DNA of 64,000 nucleotides from Cyanobacteria bacterium REEB417. GTDB taxonomy: Bacteria > Cyanobacteriota > Cyanobacteriia > PCC-6307 > Cyanobiaceae. The translations under genes and the position numbers were made by a program. Under the pieces are notes generated by a model. The model saw only the letters and a list, made by a program, of their open reading frames with translations, was not told the origin of the DNA and searched no databases. Below, piece after piece: positions 27,336 through 36,698 of the stretch; the first letter of the stretch is position 1, and every line of letters begins with the position of its first letter. The stretch lies in contig JAGWVJ010000001.1 in the NCBI GenBank assembly GCA_018970945.1, forward strand, positions 67,357 through 131,356, written 5' to 3'.

Positions 27336-28432
27336 TCGCGGCGCGGCGGCAGCAGCGGCAACAGCAACTGGGAGCCGATGCCCTGCGCTTCAGGGAGCTG
27401 ATCGCCAGGGTGGGCAGCGGCGAGCGCACCAGCACGGGCCTGTCCCGGGCCGAAGCCGACGAAGCCCTGAGCCGGATGCTGCAGGGCCAGGCCAGCCCCG
27501 CCCAGGCCGGAGCCTTTCTGATCGCTCACCGGCTGCGGCGTCCCCAGGCCTGTGAGCTGGCCGGAATGGCAGATGCCTACCGAAGGCTGGGACCGACGCT
27601 GCCGCCCAACCCACGGCCGACCATCAGCTTCGGCGTGCCGTTTGACGGGCGCAGCCGCACCGCACCGCTACTGCCGCTGACGGCTCTGGTGCTCAACGCC
27701 GCCGGGCTGGCCGTCGTGCTGCAGGGCGGCGGCGCCATGCCCATCAAATATGGCGTCAGCCAGGCCGAACTGTTTGAGGCGCTGGGGCTGCCCCTGGCCC
27801 AGCTCGACTGGCGGGCCACGCAGGACCTGTTTGCGCGCGAGGGGATGGCGCTGCTGCACCAGCCCCGGCACTTCGAGCTGGCCGAGGGTCTGATCCCCCT
27901 GCGCGAACAGATCGGCAAACGGCCGCCCATCGCCACCCTGGAGCTGCTGTGGAGCTGCGCCAGCGAGACGCAGCTGCAGGTGAGCGGCTTTGTGCACGCC
28001 CCCACCGAACAGCTCATGGCCAACACCTGGGCGCTGCTGGGTGTTCGCAACGGCCTCACGGTCAAGGGCCTCGAAGGGGGCGTCGATCTGCCCACCAGCC
28101 GGGTGAGCATCGCTGCCCACTGGCGCCAGCCCGCCACAACGAACGGCGAAGCAACCGACAGCGAGGCGCAATCCGAACGTCTGATCCTGCAGGCCAGGGA
28201 CCACGGCCTGCGCGCCGACGATGTGGAGCTCACGACGCTGGAGGCCTGGAGCGCCATGGCCCGCGCTGCCCTGGACGGCAACGGACCCTTGCTCAAACCA
28301 CTCATCTGGAACAGTGGCTTTCTGCTGTGGCGTTGCCAACAGCAACCCACGCTGGAAGCTGGCTTGGCGAGCGCCGAAGCGCTGCTGAGAAGCGGCAGCG
28401 TGCGTGAGCGGCGCCAGGATCTGGGCTGCTGA
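27320..28432 (+). CDS. Anthranilate phosphoribosyltransferase-family (TrpD2-like) protein
   Basis: N-terminal helical domain ...LSRAEADEALSRMLQGQASPAQAGAFLIAHRLR, followed by a glycosyl-transferase family 3-like body. GTG start. Confidence 0.7.
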   Translation: MHPEPIAARRQQRQQQLGADALRFRELIARVGSGERTSTGLSRAEADEALSRMLQGQASPAQAGAFLIAHRLRRPQACELAGMADAYRRLGPTLPPNPRPTISFGVPFDGRSRTAPLLPLTALVLNAAGLAVVLQGGGAMPIKYGVSQAELFEALGLPLAQLDWRATQDLFAREGMALLHQPRHFELAEGLIPLREQIGKRPPIATLELLWSCASETQLQVSGFVHAPTEQLMANTWALLGVRNGLTVKGLEGGVDLPTSRVSIAAHWRQPATTNGEATDSEAQSERLILQARDHGLRADDVELTTLEAWSAMARAALDGNGPLLKPLIWNSGFLLWRCQQQPTLEAGLASAEALLRSGSVRERRQDLGC

Positions 28433-28498
28433 TTGCCAGCCCACCCAACCGCTGCAGCGCCGCATGCAGCAGGGCCTGGTATTCACTCACCCGCAGCG

Positions 28499-28900
28499 TC
28501 AGCCATCGGCACTGGGCAGATAAGCGGGCCGTTCAGGTTTGAGCCGCTCCACCACCACGGCCGTGCCATAGCAGAGCACCTCGGTGGCGCCGCCGCTGCC
28601 GCTGGTGACGTCGGATCCGTCATAGCGGGTGCCGACGATGGCGTTGGCACCCAGCAGCAGGGCGTGCTCGACCATCTGGTTGTAGGCGGCCTCGCGGGTT
28701 TGCTCGCACATCTCGGTGTAGGCACCGATACGGCCGCCGACGAGTTGCTTGAGACCGCCCAGGAACCCCTGCACCAGGGTGGGCGAACGCACCACGATGC
28801 CGCGCACGAGGCCCTTGTACTCCCGGATCCGATAGCCCTCGATTGTGAAGGTCGTGGTCACAAACAGGGGCGACGGCATCGAACCGGACAGGCGCTCCAT
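28499..28900 (-). CDS. YbjQ/UPF0145 family protein (likely start at Met-8, position 28879)
   Basis: FVTTTFTIEGYRIREYKGLVRGIVVRS...ANAIVGTRYD. Confidence 0.8.
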   Translation of the reverse strand: MERLSGSMPSPLFVTTTFTIEGYRIREYKGLVRGIVVRSPTLVQGFLGGLKQLVGGRIGAYTEMCEQTREAAYNQMVEHALLLGANAIVGTRYDGSDVTSGSGGATEVLCYGTAVVVERLKPERPAYLPSADG

Positions 28901-28931
28901 GCGTTGTAGTCGGAACCCCTGATCGGGGCAT

Positions 28932-30221
28932 TTGCTGGACTGGGTCGATCTGTGGCTGCGGCCCGTGCGCCTTTCCCGCCCGTCGACCTACCTGTGCGCC
29001 TTTCTCACCCTGCTCAACGACCGGCTGGGCGAGACGCTGATCTTTCCCCTGCTGCCGTTCCTGCTGGCCGGCTTCACCAGCGACGGCCGGGTGCTGGGGC
29101 TGCTGACCGGCAGCTATGCCGTGGCCCAGTTCGCCTTCACACCACTGATCGGCGCCCTCAGTGACCGCTACGGCCGCAGGCCCGTGATCGCCGGCTGCGT
29201 CGCCGGATCGGTGCTGGGGCTGGGATTGTTCTCGCTGACCCTGATCCTGCCCTGGCAGGAGCTGGCCCCGGCGGCCCGCGCCGCCGGCCTGCCCCTGGGG
29301 CTGCTGTTCGTGGCACGGCTGATCGACGGAGTCAGCGGCGGCACCGCCGCCACGGCCGGGGCCGTGCTGGCCGACATCTCACCACCCGAGCAGCGCGCCA
29401 GAGCGTTTGGCCTGATCGGCGTGGCCTTCGGGTTGGGTTTCATCCTCGGCCCGGCCGCCGGCGGCCTGCTGGGACGCATCAATGTCACCCTGCCGCTGCT
29501 GGTGGCCGTTGGCATCGCCGCCCTCAACCTGGTGCTGGTGCTCACCCTGCTGCCCGAGACCCACCCCCCTGAGGCGCGCATCGACCTGCCGCGCAAGCGG
29601 GAGCTGCAACCGATCAACCAGCTCGCGGCGGTGTTCGCCAACCCGCGGGTGCGGCGACTGTGCGGGGCCTTTCTGCTGTTCTTTCTGGCCTTCAACGGCT
29701 TCACCGCCATCCTGGTGCTCTACTTCAAGCAGCGCTTTGACTGGGGGCCCGGCCTGGCCGGGGCCGCCTTCATGGTGGTGGGCGTGATCGCCACGGTGGT
29801 GCAGGGCGGCCTGATCGGTCCGCTGGTGCGGCGCTTCGGCGAATGGCGCCTGAGCCTGGCGGGCCTGGGTCTGGTGATCGCCGGCTGCCTGCTGATTCCC
29901 TGGGCGACCCGTGAGACAGCCCAGGCGGTGGTGTTTCCGGCGGTGTCGCTGCTGGCCCTGGGCACCGGCCTGGTGACCCCCTGCCTGCGGTCCCTGGTCT
30001 CGCGTCGACTCGACGGCAGCGGCCAGGGCTCGGCCCTCGGCAGCCTGCAGGGTCTGCAGAGCCTGGGCAGCTTCGTGGGACCGCCCCTGGCTGGCCTGGC
30101 CTACGAAACCCTGGGCCAGCGCAGTCCGTTCTGGCTGGCCGCCCTGCTGCTGGGCGGGGTCATCGCTCTGGTCGCGGGCGGCCTGCCTGAGCCGGCCGAG
30201 GGCTCCCGTCAAGCAAGCTGA
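28932..30221 (+). CDS. MFS transporter (TetA-like, 12 TM)
   Basis: LNDRLGETLIFPLLPFLL and GALSDRYGRRPV (MFS motif A). TTG start in the track; the true start is uncertain. Confidence 0.85.
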   Translation: MLDWVDLWLRPVRLSRPSTYLCAFLTLLNDRLGETLIFPLLPFLLAGFTSDGRVLGLLTGSYAVAQFAFTPLIGALSDRYGRRPVIAGCVAGSVLGLGLFSLTLILPWQELAPAARAAGLPLGLLFVARLIDGVSGGTAATAGAVLADISPPEQRARAFGLIGVAFGLGFILGPAAGGLLGRINVTLPLLVAVGIAALNLVLVLTLLPETHPPEARIDLPRKRELQPINQLAAVFANPRVRRLCGAFLLFFLAFNGFTAILVLYFKQRFDWGPGLAGAAFMVVGVIATVVQGGLIGPLVRRFGEWRLSLAGLGLVIAGCLLIPWATRETAQAVVFPAVSLLALGTGLVTPCLRSLVSRRLDGSGQGSALGSLQGLQSLGSFVGPPLAGLAYETLGQRSPFWLAALLLGGVIALVAGGLPEPAEGSRQAS

Positions 30222-30276
30222 ACACGTCCCTCAGGCCGAGGCCATTGCTACGTTGCCCGCGGATTCAGGCAGGATC

Positions 30277-32421
30277 ATGGGCGTAGACAGTGCGGACACG
30301 GCGCTCGCGCCCGAGCTTTATCTGAATCGCGAACTCAGCTGGATCAGTTTCAACTATCGGGTCCTTGCTGAAGCCCTCAACGAACACACGCCACTGCTGG
30401 AGCAGGCCAAATTCAGCGCCATCTTCAGCAACAACCTCGACGAATTCTTCATGGTGCGGGTGGCTTCCCTGAAGTCACAGCTGGAAGCCGGTATCACCAC
30501 CCTCAGCGACGACGGGCTGACGCCACTGCAGCAGCTCGAAGCGATCCAGGCCAGGCTCAGGCCCCTGCTCGATCTGCAGCAGCAGCACTACCGCCATTCA
30601 CTCAAGCGGCACCTACGCGAATACGGGGTCGACCTGATCGACTACACCCGTCTCAACAAACAACAACGGGAGTGGGTCGACACCTACTTCAGCCAGGCGA
30701 TCTTTCCCGTGTTGACGCCCCTGGCGGTCGACCCTTCGCATCCCTTTCCGTTCATCAGCAACCTCAGCCTGAATGTGGCTGTGCTGGTGCGGGACCCCGA
30801 AACCGGCCAACGGGAATTCGCCAGGGTCAAGGTTCCCCAGAAGATCCTGCCGCGCTTTCTGCAGATTCCGACCGAGCTCAGCGGTCGCACCCCTGAACCG
30901 GTGTTCACCGCCGTGCCGCTGGAGCAGGTGGTGGCCTTCAATCTGGGTCAACTGTTCCCCGGCATGGAGGTCGAGGGTCATTACTTCTTCCGGGTGACCC
31001 GCGACGCCGACCTCGAGCTGCGGGATCTGGAAGCCGACGACCTGATGGAAGCGATCGAGGAGGGGCTGCGCAAACGCAAGCGCGGGGGCGAGGTGGTCCG
31101 CCTCGAAGTGGCCGATGAGATGCCCGACGACGTCGTGCAGCTGCTGATGGGGGGCATGAACGTTGAACCCGAGGATTTGTATCGCATCAACGGCCCCCTC
31201 GGTCTTGACGACCTGATGAGCCTGCTGTCGATCCCCCTGCCCAAGCTCAAGGACAAACCCCACAAGGGCAGAACAACCCCGGCACTGGCACGGGCCCAGA
31301 AGGGCAAACTCGAAGACGGTTCCCTGAAACAGGAGGAGTTTGAAAGCATCTTCTCGGTGATCAGACGCGGCGACGTGCTGCTGCAGCATCCCTATGACCT
31401 GTTCTCCACATCGGTGGAGGAGTTCCTCAACCAGGCGGCCGACGACCCGCTGGTGCTGGCGATCAAGATGACCCTGTACCGCACCTCGAAGGATTCGCCG
31501 GTGGTGCATGCGCTCATCCGCGCCGCCGAGAACGGCAAGCAGGTCATGGCGCTGGTCGAACTCAAGGCCCGCTTTGATGAGGACAACAACATCCAGTGGG
31601 CCAAGCAGCTCGAGAATTCAGGCGTGCATGTGGTGTACGGCGTGCTGGGTCTCAAGACCCACACCAAGACCGCCCTGGTGGTGCGGCGCGAAAAGACCGG
31701 GCTGAAGACTTACGTGCACATCGGCACCGGCAATTACAACTCGAAGACGTCGAGCCTCTACACCGACATCGGTCTGCTCACCGCCCGACCCGAGTTCGGT
31801 GAAGACCTGGTGCAGCTGTTCAACTATCTGACGGGTTTCTCCAAGCAGCAGAGCTTCCGCAAACTGCTGGTGGCTCCCGTGACGCTTCGCAGCGGCATGG
31901 AAGCCCTGATCCGACGCGAGATCGACCACGCCGGCAACGGCCGGGGCGGCCATATCAAGGTCAAGATGAACGCCCTCGTCGATCCGGCGATCATCGCCCT
32001 GCTCTACGAGGCGTCCCAGGCCGGGGTGCGCATCGATCTCATCATCCGGGGCATGTGCAGTCTCAGGCCAGGCCTTACCGGTATCAGCGAACACATCAAC
32101 GTCGTCAGCGTCATCGGACGTTTCCTTGAGCACTCACGCGTGTTCTGGTTCGCCAACGGAGGTGACAGTGAGTTGTTCTTCGGCAGTGCCGACTGGATGG
32201 GGCGCAATCTCGACCGACGCGTCGAGGCGGTGGCACCGATCGAGGATCCCCAGGTCCGGCTGCAGCTGGAGAATCTTCTGGATCTCTACCTGAACGACAC
32301 CGGTGCCTGGCACATGGACAGCGACGGACAGTTCCATCAGCGCCAGCATGACGGCGATCCCATGATTGCCCAGCAGCGATTGATGCAGCGCTGGCGCGGT
32401 GGCATGCCGACCACAGCCTGA
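30277..32421 (+). CDS. ppk1: Polyphosphate kinase 1
   Basis: YLNRELSWISFNYRVL, FSAIFSNNLDEFFMVRV and HTKTALVVRRE motifs. ATG at 30277 preferred over the track TTG at 30253. Confidence 0.95.
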   Translation: MGVDSADTALAPELYLNRELSWISFNYRVLAEALNEHTPLLEQAKFSAIFSNNLDEFFMVRVASLKSQLEAGITTLSDDGLTPLQQLEAIQARLRPLLDLQQQHYRHSLKRHLREYGVDLIDYTRLNKQQREWVDTYFSQAIFPVLTPLAVDPSHPFPFISNLSLNVAVLVRDPETGQREFARVKVPQKILPRFLQIPTELSGRTPEPVFTAVPLEQVVAFNLGQLFPGMEVEGHYFFRVTRDADLELRDLEADDLMEAIEEGLRKRKRGGEVVRLEVADEMPDDVVQLLMGGMNVEPEDLYRINGPLGLDDLMSLLSIPLPKLKDKPHKGRTTPALARAQKGKLEDGSLKQEEFESIFSVIRRGDVLLQHPYDLFSTSVEEFLNQAADDPLVLAIKMTLYRTSKDSPVVHALIRAAENGKQVMALVELKARFDEDNNIQWAKQLENSGVHVVYGVLGLKTHTKTALVVRREKTGLKTYVHIGTGNYNSKTSSLYTDIGLLTARPEFGEDLVQLFNYLTGFSKQQSFRKLLVAPVTLRSGMEALIRREIDHAGNGRGGHIKVKMNALVDPAIIALLYEASQAGVRIDLIIRGMCSLRPGLTGISEHINVVSVIGRFLEHSRVFWFANGGDSELFFGSADWMGRNLDRRVEAVAPIEDPQVRLQLENLLDLYLNDTGAWHMDSDGQFHQRQHDGDPMIAQQRLMQRWRGGMPTTA

Positions 32422-32465
32422 ATCGCAGCCTGAACATCCAGACGCCATTAGCAGCCAGACATCAC

Positions 32466-32496
32466 AATTTCCTTTGATTCGATACAGGAAATTTTT
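32466..32496 (+). terminator. AT-rich hairpin with T-run downstream of ppk1 (weak terminator, or an operator for the sigma gene)
   Basis: AATTTCC-N14-GGAAATT followed by TTT, 45 nt after the ppk1 stop. Confidence 0.3.
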
Positions 32497-32564
32497 CCAT
32501 TCCTGATGTTCCCGCTGCACTGTCGGTGCTACATTCCGGCCAAATCCATGAGGAGGCTGGGGTG

Positions 32565-33545
32565 ATGGGGACACCTCTGCAATCCGCCCTCGACGTTGCC
32601 GTCGGCAATGTCTCAGGGCCGAAGGCAGCTTCGCGGACCACCGGTCCGCGACCTGGCGCCAAGCTGAGTGCAGATTCCATCGGTTGGTATCTCAGCACCA
32701 TCGGTCGGGTGCCATTGCTGACACCCGCCGAAGAAATCGAGCTGGCGCACCATGTGCAGGCAGGCAAACGGATCCAACAGATCCCGGCGGCCGAGCGAAC
32801 ACCGCAACAACGGCGACAGATCCGCATGGGTCAACGGGCCCGTGACCGCATGATGGCGGCCAACCTGAGGCTTGTGGTCAGCGTTGCCAAAAAGTATCAG
32901 AACCAGGGCCTCGAGCTGCTGGATCTGGTGCAGGAAGGAGCCATCGGTCTCGAACGCGCGGTCGACAAGTTCGATCCCGCCATGGGCTACAAGTTTTCGA
33001 CCTATGCCTACTGGTGGATCCGCCAGGGCATGACCAGGGCCATCGACAACAGCGCCCGCACGATTCGCCTGCCGATTCACATCAGCGAAAAGCTCTCCAA
33101 GATGCGTCGGGTCACCCGGGAGCTCTCCCATCGGCTGGGCCGCCAACCCAACCGGCTGGAGCTGTCCCACGCCCTCGACATGACCCCCGAGGAGCTCGAG
33201 GAGCTGATGGCCCAGAGCGCACCATGCGCTTCGCTCGATGCGCACGCCCGCGGCGAAGAGGATCGCAGCACCCTGGGTGAACTGATCGCTGATCCCAACA
33301 GCAGCGAGCATTTCGACTCGATGGACCGCCATCTGCAGAAGGAACACCTCGGTGGCTGGCTGTCGCAGCTCAATGAGCGCGAACAACAGATCCTGAAACT
33401 GCGCTTCGGACTCGAAGGCAGCGAGCCGCTGACCCTGGCCGAAATTGGCCGGTTGATCAACGTCTCACGCGAGCGGGTACGTCAGCTGGAGGCCAAGGCG
33501 ATCCTGAAACTGAGGCTGCTGAGCAACACACGTCAGGCCGCCTGA
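32565..33545 (+). CDS. Group-2 sigma-70 family RNA polymerase sigma factor
   Basis: IGWYLSTIGRVPLLTPAEEIELA, DLVQEGAIGLERAVDKFD, YAYWWIRQ and VSRERVRQLEAKA regions 1.2-4.2. ATG at 32565 is preceded by GAGGAGG. Confidence 0.9.
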   Translation: MGTPLQSALDVAVGNVSGPKAASRTTGPRPGAKLSADSIGWYLSTIGRVPLLTPAEEIELAHHVQAGKRIQQIPAAERTPQQRRQIRMGQRARDRMMAANLRLVVSVAKKYQNQGLELLDLVQEGAIGLERAVDKFDPAMGYKFSTYAYWWIRQGMTRAIDNSARTIRLPIHISEKLSKMRRVTRELSHRLGRQPNRLELSHALDMTPEELEELMAQSAPCASLDAHARGEEDRSTLGELIADPNSSEHFDSMDRHLQKEHLGGWLSQLNEREQQILKLRFGLEGSEPLTLAEIGRLINVSRERVRQLEAKAILKLRLLSNTRQAA

Positions 33546-33552
33546 GCCGGAC

Positions 33553-34236
33553 GTGGGTCAGTCGTGGTGGTTGCAGCAACTGGCCGGCGTCGCTGCCGTC
33601 GGCCTCTGGCTGGCACTGCTGGCTGCTGCAGCTGCCTGGATCCGGCGGCGGCATCTGGAGCAGGAGGGCCATGACCTCGGACGCGAATGGAGCCGCAAGC
33701 TGGTACACATCGGCACCGGAGCTGTGGTGCCTCTGGCCTGGCTGCTGGGTATCGACAGACTGATCGCCGTACCTGCGGCCATGGCGGTGACCATGCTGGC
33801 AGCAATCAATCACCGCTACCGGTTGTTGCCCGCCATCGAGGATGTGGGCCGAAACAGCTACGGCACCGTTGCCTATGGCGCAGCGATCACGATCCTGTTG
33901 TTGGCGTTCTGGCCCCAACGGGCCGCTGCAGTCTGCGCCGGTGTGCTGGTGATGGCTCTGGGCGATGGCCTGGCCGGGTTGCTGGGGGCCCGCTTCCGCT
34001 CGCCCAGCTGGCAGGTCGGCGAGCAGCGCAAATCGCTGCTGGGAACCGTGACCATGGCTCTGGTGAGCATGGTGGTGCTGCTGCTGCTGGCCCAGGGGCC
34101 CTGGCCAGCGCCGGCGCCCACCGCCCTGGTGGTCATCGCCCTGGTGGCCACCGCCCTCGAGCAGGTGGCGTGGCTGGGGATCGACAACCTCACGGTGCCG
34201 ATCGTCAGCGCCTGGCTCTGGAGTGGTTGGCGTTAG
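33553..34236 (+). CDS. Phytol kinase / CTP-dependent polyprenol kinase-family membrane protein
   Basis: SRKLVHIGTGAVVPLAWLL and a C-terminal GIDNLTVP motif; multi-TM. Confidence 0.65.
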   Translation: MGQSWWLQQLAGVAAVGLWLALLAAAAAWIRRRHLEQEGHDLGREWSRKLVHIGTGAVVPLAWLLGIDRLIAVPAAMAVTMLAAINHRYRLLPAIEDVGRNSYGTVAYGAAITILLLAFWPQRAAAVCAGVLVMALGDGLAGLLGARFRSPSWQVGEQRKSLLGTVTMALVSMVVLLLLAQGPWPAPAPTALVVIALVATALEQVAWLGIDNLTVPIVSAWLWSGWR

Positions 34237-34241
34237 CGGGG

Positions 34242-34565
34242 TCAGGCCAGCAGCAACTGCTCACAGCGTTGTTCCCAGTCGAGCTGGGTGCCCAGGCCGG
34301 CCACGACCAGACGATCGGCGGGCTCCTCACGTAGACGCAGTTGCCACTGGTGAATGAGATCCGCCCGTTCCATCCAGCTGCTGAGCACGGCATTGTGAAT
34401 CGCGGGCAGATCCCAGTGGCGTTGCTGGGCCGTGAGCTGGGCCCAGCTCAGCAGGGCATCGAGCTGAAACGGGCGGAACCCGGCAAACGCCGGACCAGCC
34501 GTCTGTTCGAGATAGAAGAGCTGCAGCGGATCACTGAGACCACAGAACTGAAGCAGATAGCGCAT
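34242..34565 (-). CDS. Hypothetical protein (107 aa), preceded by a CIRCE-like operator
   Basis: ATG-initiated ORF, coding-like composition, no family recognised. Confidence 0.45.
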   Translation of the reverse strand: MRYLLQFCGLSDPLQLFYLEQTAGPAFAGFRPFQLDALLSWAQLTAQQRHWDLPAIHNAVLSSWMERADLIHQWQLRLREEPADRLVVAGLGTQLDWEQRCEQLLLA

Positions 34566-34650
34566 GGCCCGCTTCTAAAAGGTGGCTAACACGCTAATCA
34601 ACGACACAAAACAATCTGCTCACCAGGAACATGTTGTTGCAGGCTGCCAA

Positions 34651-34677
34651 TCAGCACTCATGATGTGCGAGTGCCAA
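34651..34677. promoter_or_regulatory. CIRCE-like inverted repeat (HrcA operator type)
   Basis: TCAGCACTC-ATGATGTGC-GAGTGCCAA compared with consensus TTAGCACTC-N9-GAGTGCTAA: 8/9 and 8/9 matches with exact 9-nt spacing. The site is 86 nt upstream of the ATG at 34565. Confidence 0.65.
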
Positions 34678-34699
34678 TTGAGGCAAATGAGCCTGAGAT

Positions 34700-35839
34700 T
34701 CAAGCCGCAACAACGGGTCTGGCCTGCTGAGCCTCAGCCACGGCCTCGGCCAGCTCGGCCAGCAACGCGGTGGTGGCGGCCAGATCGATGCAGGCATCGG
34801 TGATGCTCTGGCCATAGGTGAGCTGGGAGAGATCGGCAGGGAGCGTCTGGTTGCCGGCCACCAGGTGGCTCTCGAGCATCACCCCCATGACCAGGGTGCC
34901 GCCGCCACGCACCTGGGCGGCCAGATCACGCAGCACCTCGCCCTGGCGGCGGTAGTCCTTGTTGGAATTGCCATGGCTGCAGTCGACCATCAGACGGCTC
35001 GGCAGACCGGCGGCCGCCAGGGCGTCCGAGGCCTTGCTGATCGCATCTTCGTGGTAATTGGTGCCACTCTTGCCGCCTCGCAACACCAGATGGCCATCGG
35101 GGTTGCCGGTGGTGCTGACGATCGCGGCGGCGCCGTCGCTGTTGATGCCCAGAAAATGGTGGGGCCGTGCAGCTGCCTCGATCGCGTTGACCGCCGTGGT
35201 GACGCTGCCGTCAGTGCCGTTCTTGAAGCCGATCGGCATCGACAGGCCCGACGCCATTTCGCGGTGGGTCTGGCTTTCGGTGGTGCGGGCGCCGATGGCG
35301 GTCCAGCTGATCAGATCGGCGATGTACTGCGGCACCACCGGATCGAGCAGCTCGGTGGCCGCCGGCAGGCCCATCTCGGCCAGATGCAACAACAACCCCC
35401 GGGCCAGTCGCAGGCCGGTGTTGATGTCGTAGCTGCCGTCGAGGTGGGGATCGTTGATCAGCCCTTTCCAGCCGACTGTGGTGCGGGGCTTTTCGAAGTA
35501 GACCCGCATCACCACCTCGAGCTGGCTGCGGTGCTCGTGGCGTAGCTGGGCGATGGCGGTGGCGTACTCCTGGGCGGCAGCGGTGTCATGGACCGAGCAG
35601 GGCCCCACAATCACCAGCAGACGGTCGTCGCGGCCATGCAGGATCGCCTGAATGCGCTCGCGGGCCTGGCGCACGGTGCCTGCTCCCGTATCAGAAAGAG
35701 GTAGGTCGCGGTGAAGCAGCGCTGGCGGCACCAGCGGCCGGGTTTCGACCACATGCAGATCAGATGTGGGCAGCATGGCGGGGGCGGGCGTGACCCTAAA
35801 CACACGGGATTCCAGCCTAGAAGCGAGAGGCGTCGCCAC
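34700..35839 (-). CDS. aroG: 3-deoxy-7-phosphoheptulonate (DAHP) synthase, class I (start possibly ATG at 35776)
   Basis: LLVIVGPCSVHD, KPRTTVGWKGLINDP and DCSHGNS motifs. Confidence 0.92.
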   Translation of the reverse strand: MATPLASRLESRVFRVTPAPAMLPTSDLHVVETRPLVPPALLHRDLPLSDTGAGTVRQARERIQAILHGRDDRLLVIVGPCSVHDTAAAQEYATAIAQLRHEHRSQLEVVMRVYFEKPRTTVGWKGLINDPHLDGSYDINTGLRLARGLLLHLAEMGLPAATELLDPVVPQYIADLISWTAIGARTTESQTHREMASGLSMPIGFKNGTDGSVTTAVNAIEAAARPHHFLGINSDGAAAIVSTTGNPDGHLVLRGGKSGTNYHEDAISKASDALAAAGLPSRLMVDCSHGNSNKDYRRQGEVLRDLAAQVRGGGTLVMGVMLESHLVAGNQTLPADLSQLTYGQSITDACIDLAATTALLAELAEAVAEAQQARPVVAA

Positions 35840-35894
35840 AGAAGCAGGACTGCAAGACTGCAGGAATTACGTCAACAACTGGCAGTTCGCAACC

Positions 35895-36584
35895 ATGCTT
35901 CCCTCCAGACAGATCGGAGCACCCAAACCCGAGCAATGGGTTGGCTTGGTCGACGCCGTTTACGCCATCGCGATGACCGTGCTGGCGTTGCTGCTACCGG
36001 ACATGCTCAGCGAATCTTTCAAGTTGTTCGAAAAAACGCGGAGCACTCAATTCCTTTGGATCGGCTTTTACCAAGCCGGCTTTTACTTTTCAGGTCTTCT
36101 CATTTTGTATGAGGCCTGGTGCTTTCACCGGTCCATACTTGTGCTGTCTAACAGTAAAAATCGAACGCAGACTGTATACACAGGACTAATGCTTGGGGTG
36201 GTCTGCCTTGTGCCGGCATGGAGCGGAGCCGTTCTAGAGGGGATCGACCACAGCCAGTTTTGGATCGAAAGCAAGCTGCAAGCCACCTTAGGAACCTTCG
36301 GCTGGGTGCTCATATTCCTGATGTACCTTCTGCTCTATCTGATCGGACGCAGCTCATCAGAGTTTCATACCCTACCCAACCTCAGATTGATCAGCAAAGA
36401 AGCAAAAAATCGAAGCATTTTTTTTGCAATCACCTCCGCCTTTCACGCCGTTCGTATTGTCGACAAAGAGTGGCCTATTGTGCCTGTAGTGTTGATTCTT
36501 TCAGTTTACCTGCTGATCAGCTTCAACCAGGACCGGGTGAGTGGGGTCCTCAGAGCGATCCCCAACGCCCTGCGCCTGCGCTGA
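35895..36584 (+). CDS. DUF1211/TMEM175-like multi-TM protein
   Basis: Start taken at ATG 35895. The N-terminal WVGLVDAVYAIAMTVLALLLP resembles the RxxxFSDGVFAIAITLL signature of the family. About six hydrophobic segments. Visibly lower GC than the flanks. Confidence 0.55.
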   Translation: MLPSRQIGAPKPEQWVGLVDAVYAIAMTVLALLLPDMLSESFKLFEKTRSTQFLWIGFYQAGFYFSGLLILYEAWCFHRSILVLSNSKNRTQTVYTGLMLGVVCLVPAWSGAVLEGIDHSQFWIESKLQATLGTFGWVLIFLMYLLLYLIGRSSSEFHTLPNLRLISKEAKNRSIFFAITSAFHAVRIVDKEWPIVPVVLILSVYLLISFNQDRVSGVLRAIPNALRLR

Positions 36585-36698
36585 CGATCTGCACTCCAGG
36601 GAGCTGCGATGAAGCGGTTGTGACCAATGCCGGGCAGCCGTCCGTCAACAATGGGTCCCATCTGATCGCCCGGGACCCCTCCCCGCCAGCCTGCCGCG

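Noticed and set aside
36653-36678. Hairpin GGGTCCC-N12-GGGACCC in the acnB 5' leader. I considered aconitase autoregulation, by analogy with mRNA binding by apo-aconitases.
   Set aside because: It is a single short stem with no known motif, so the idea is pure speculation without conservation data.
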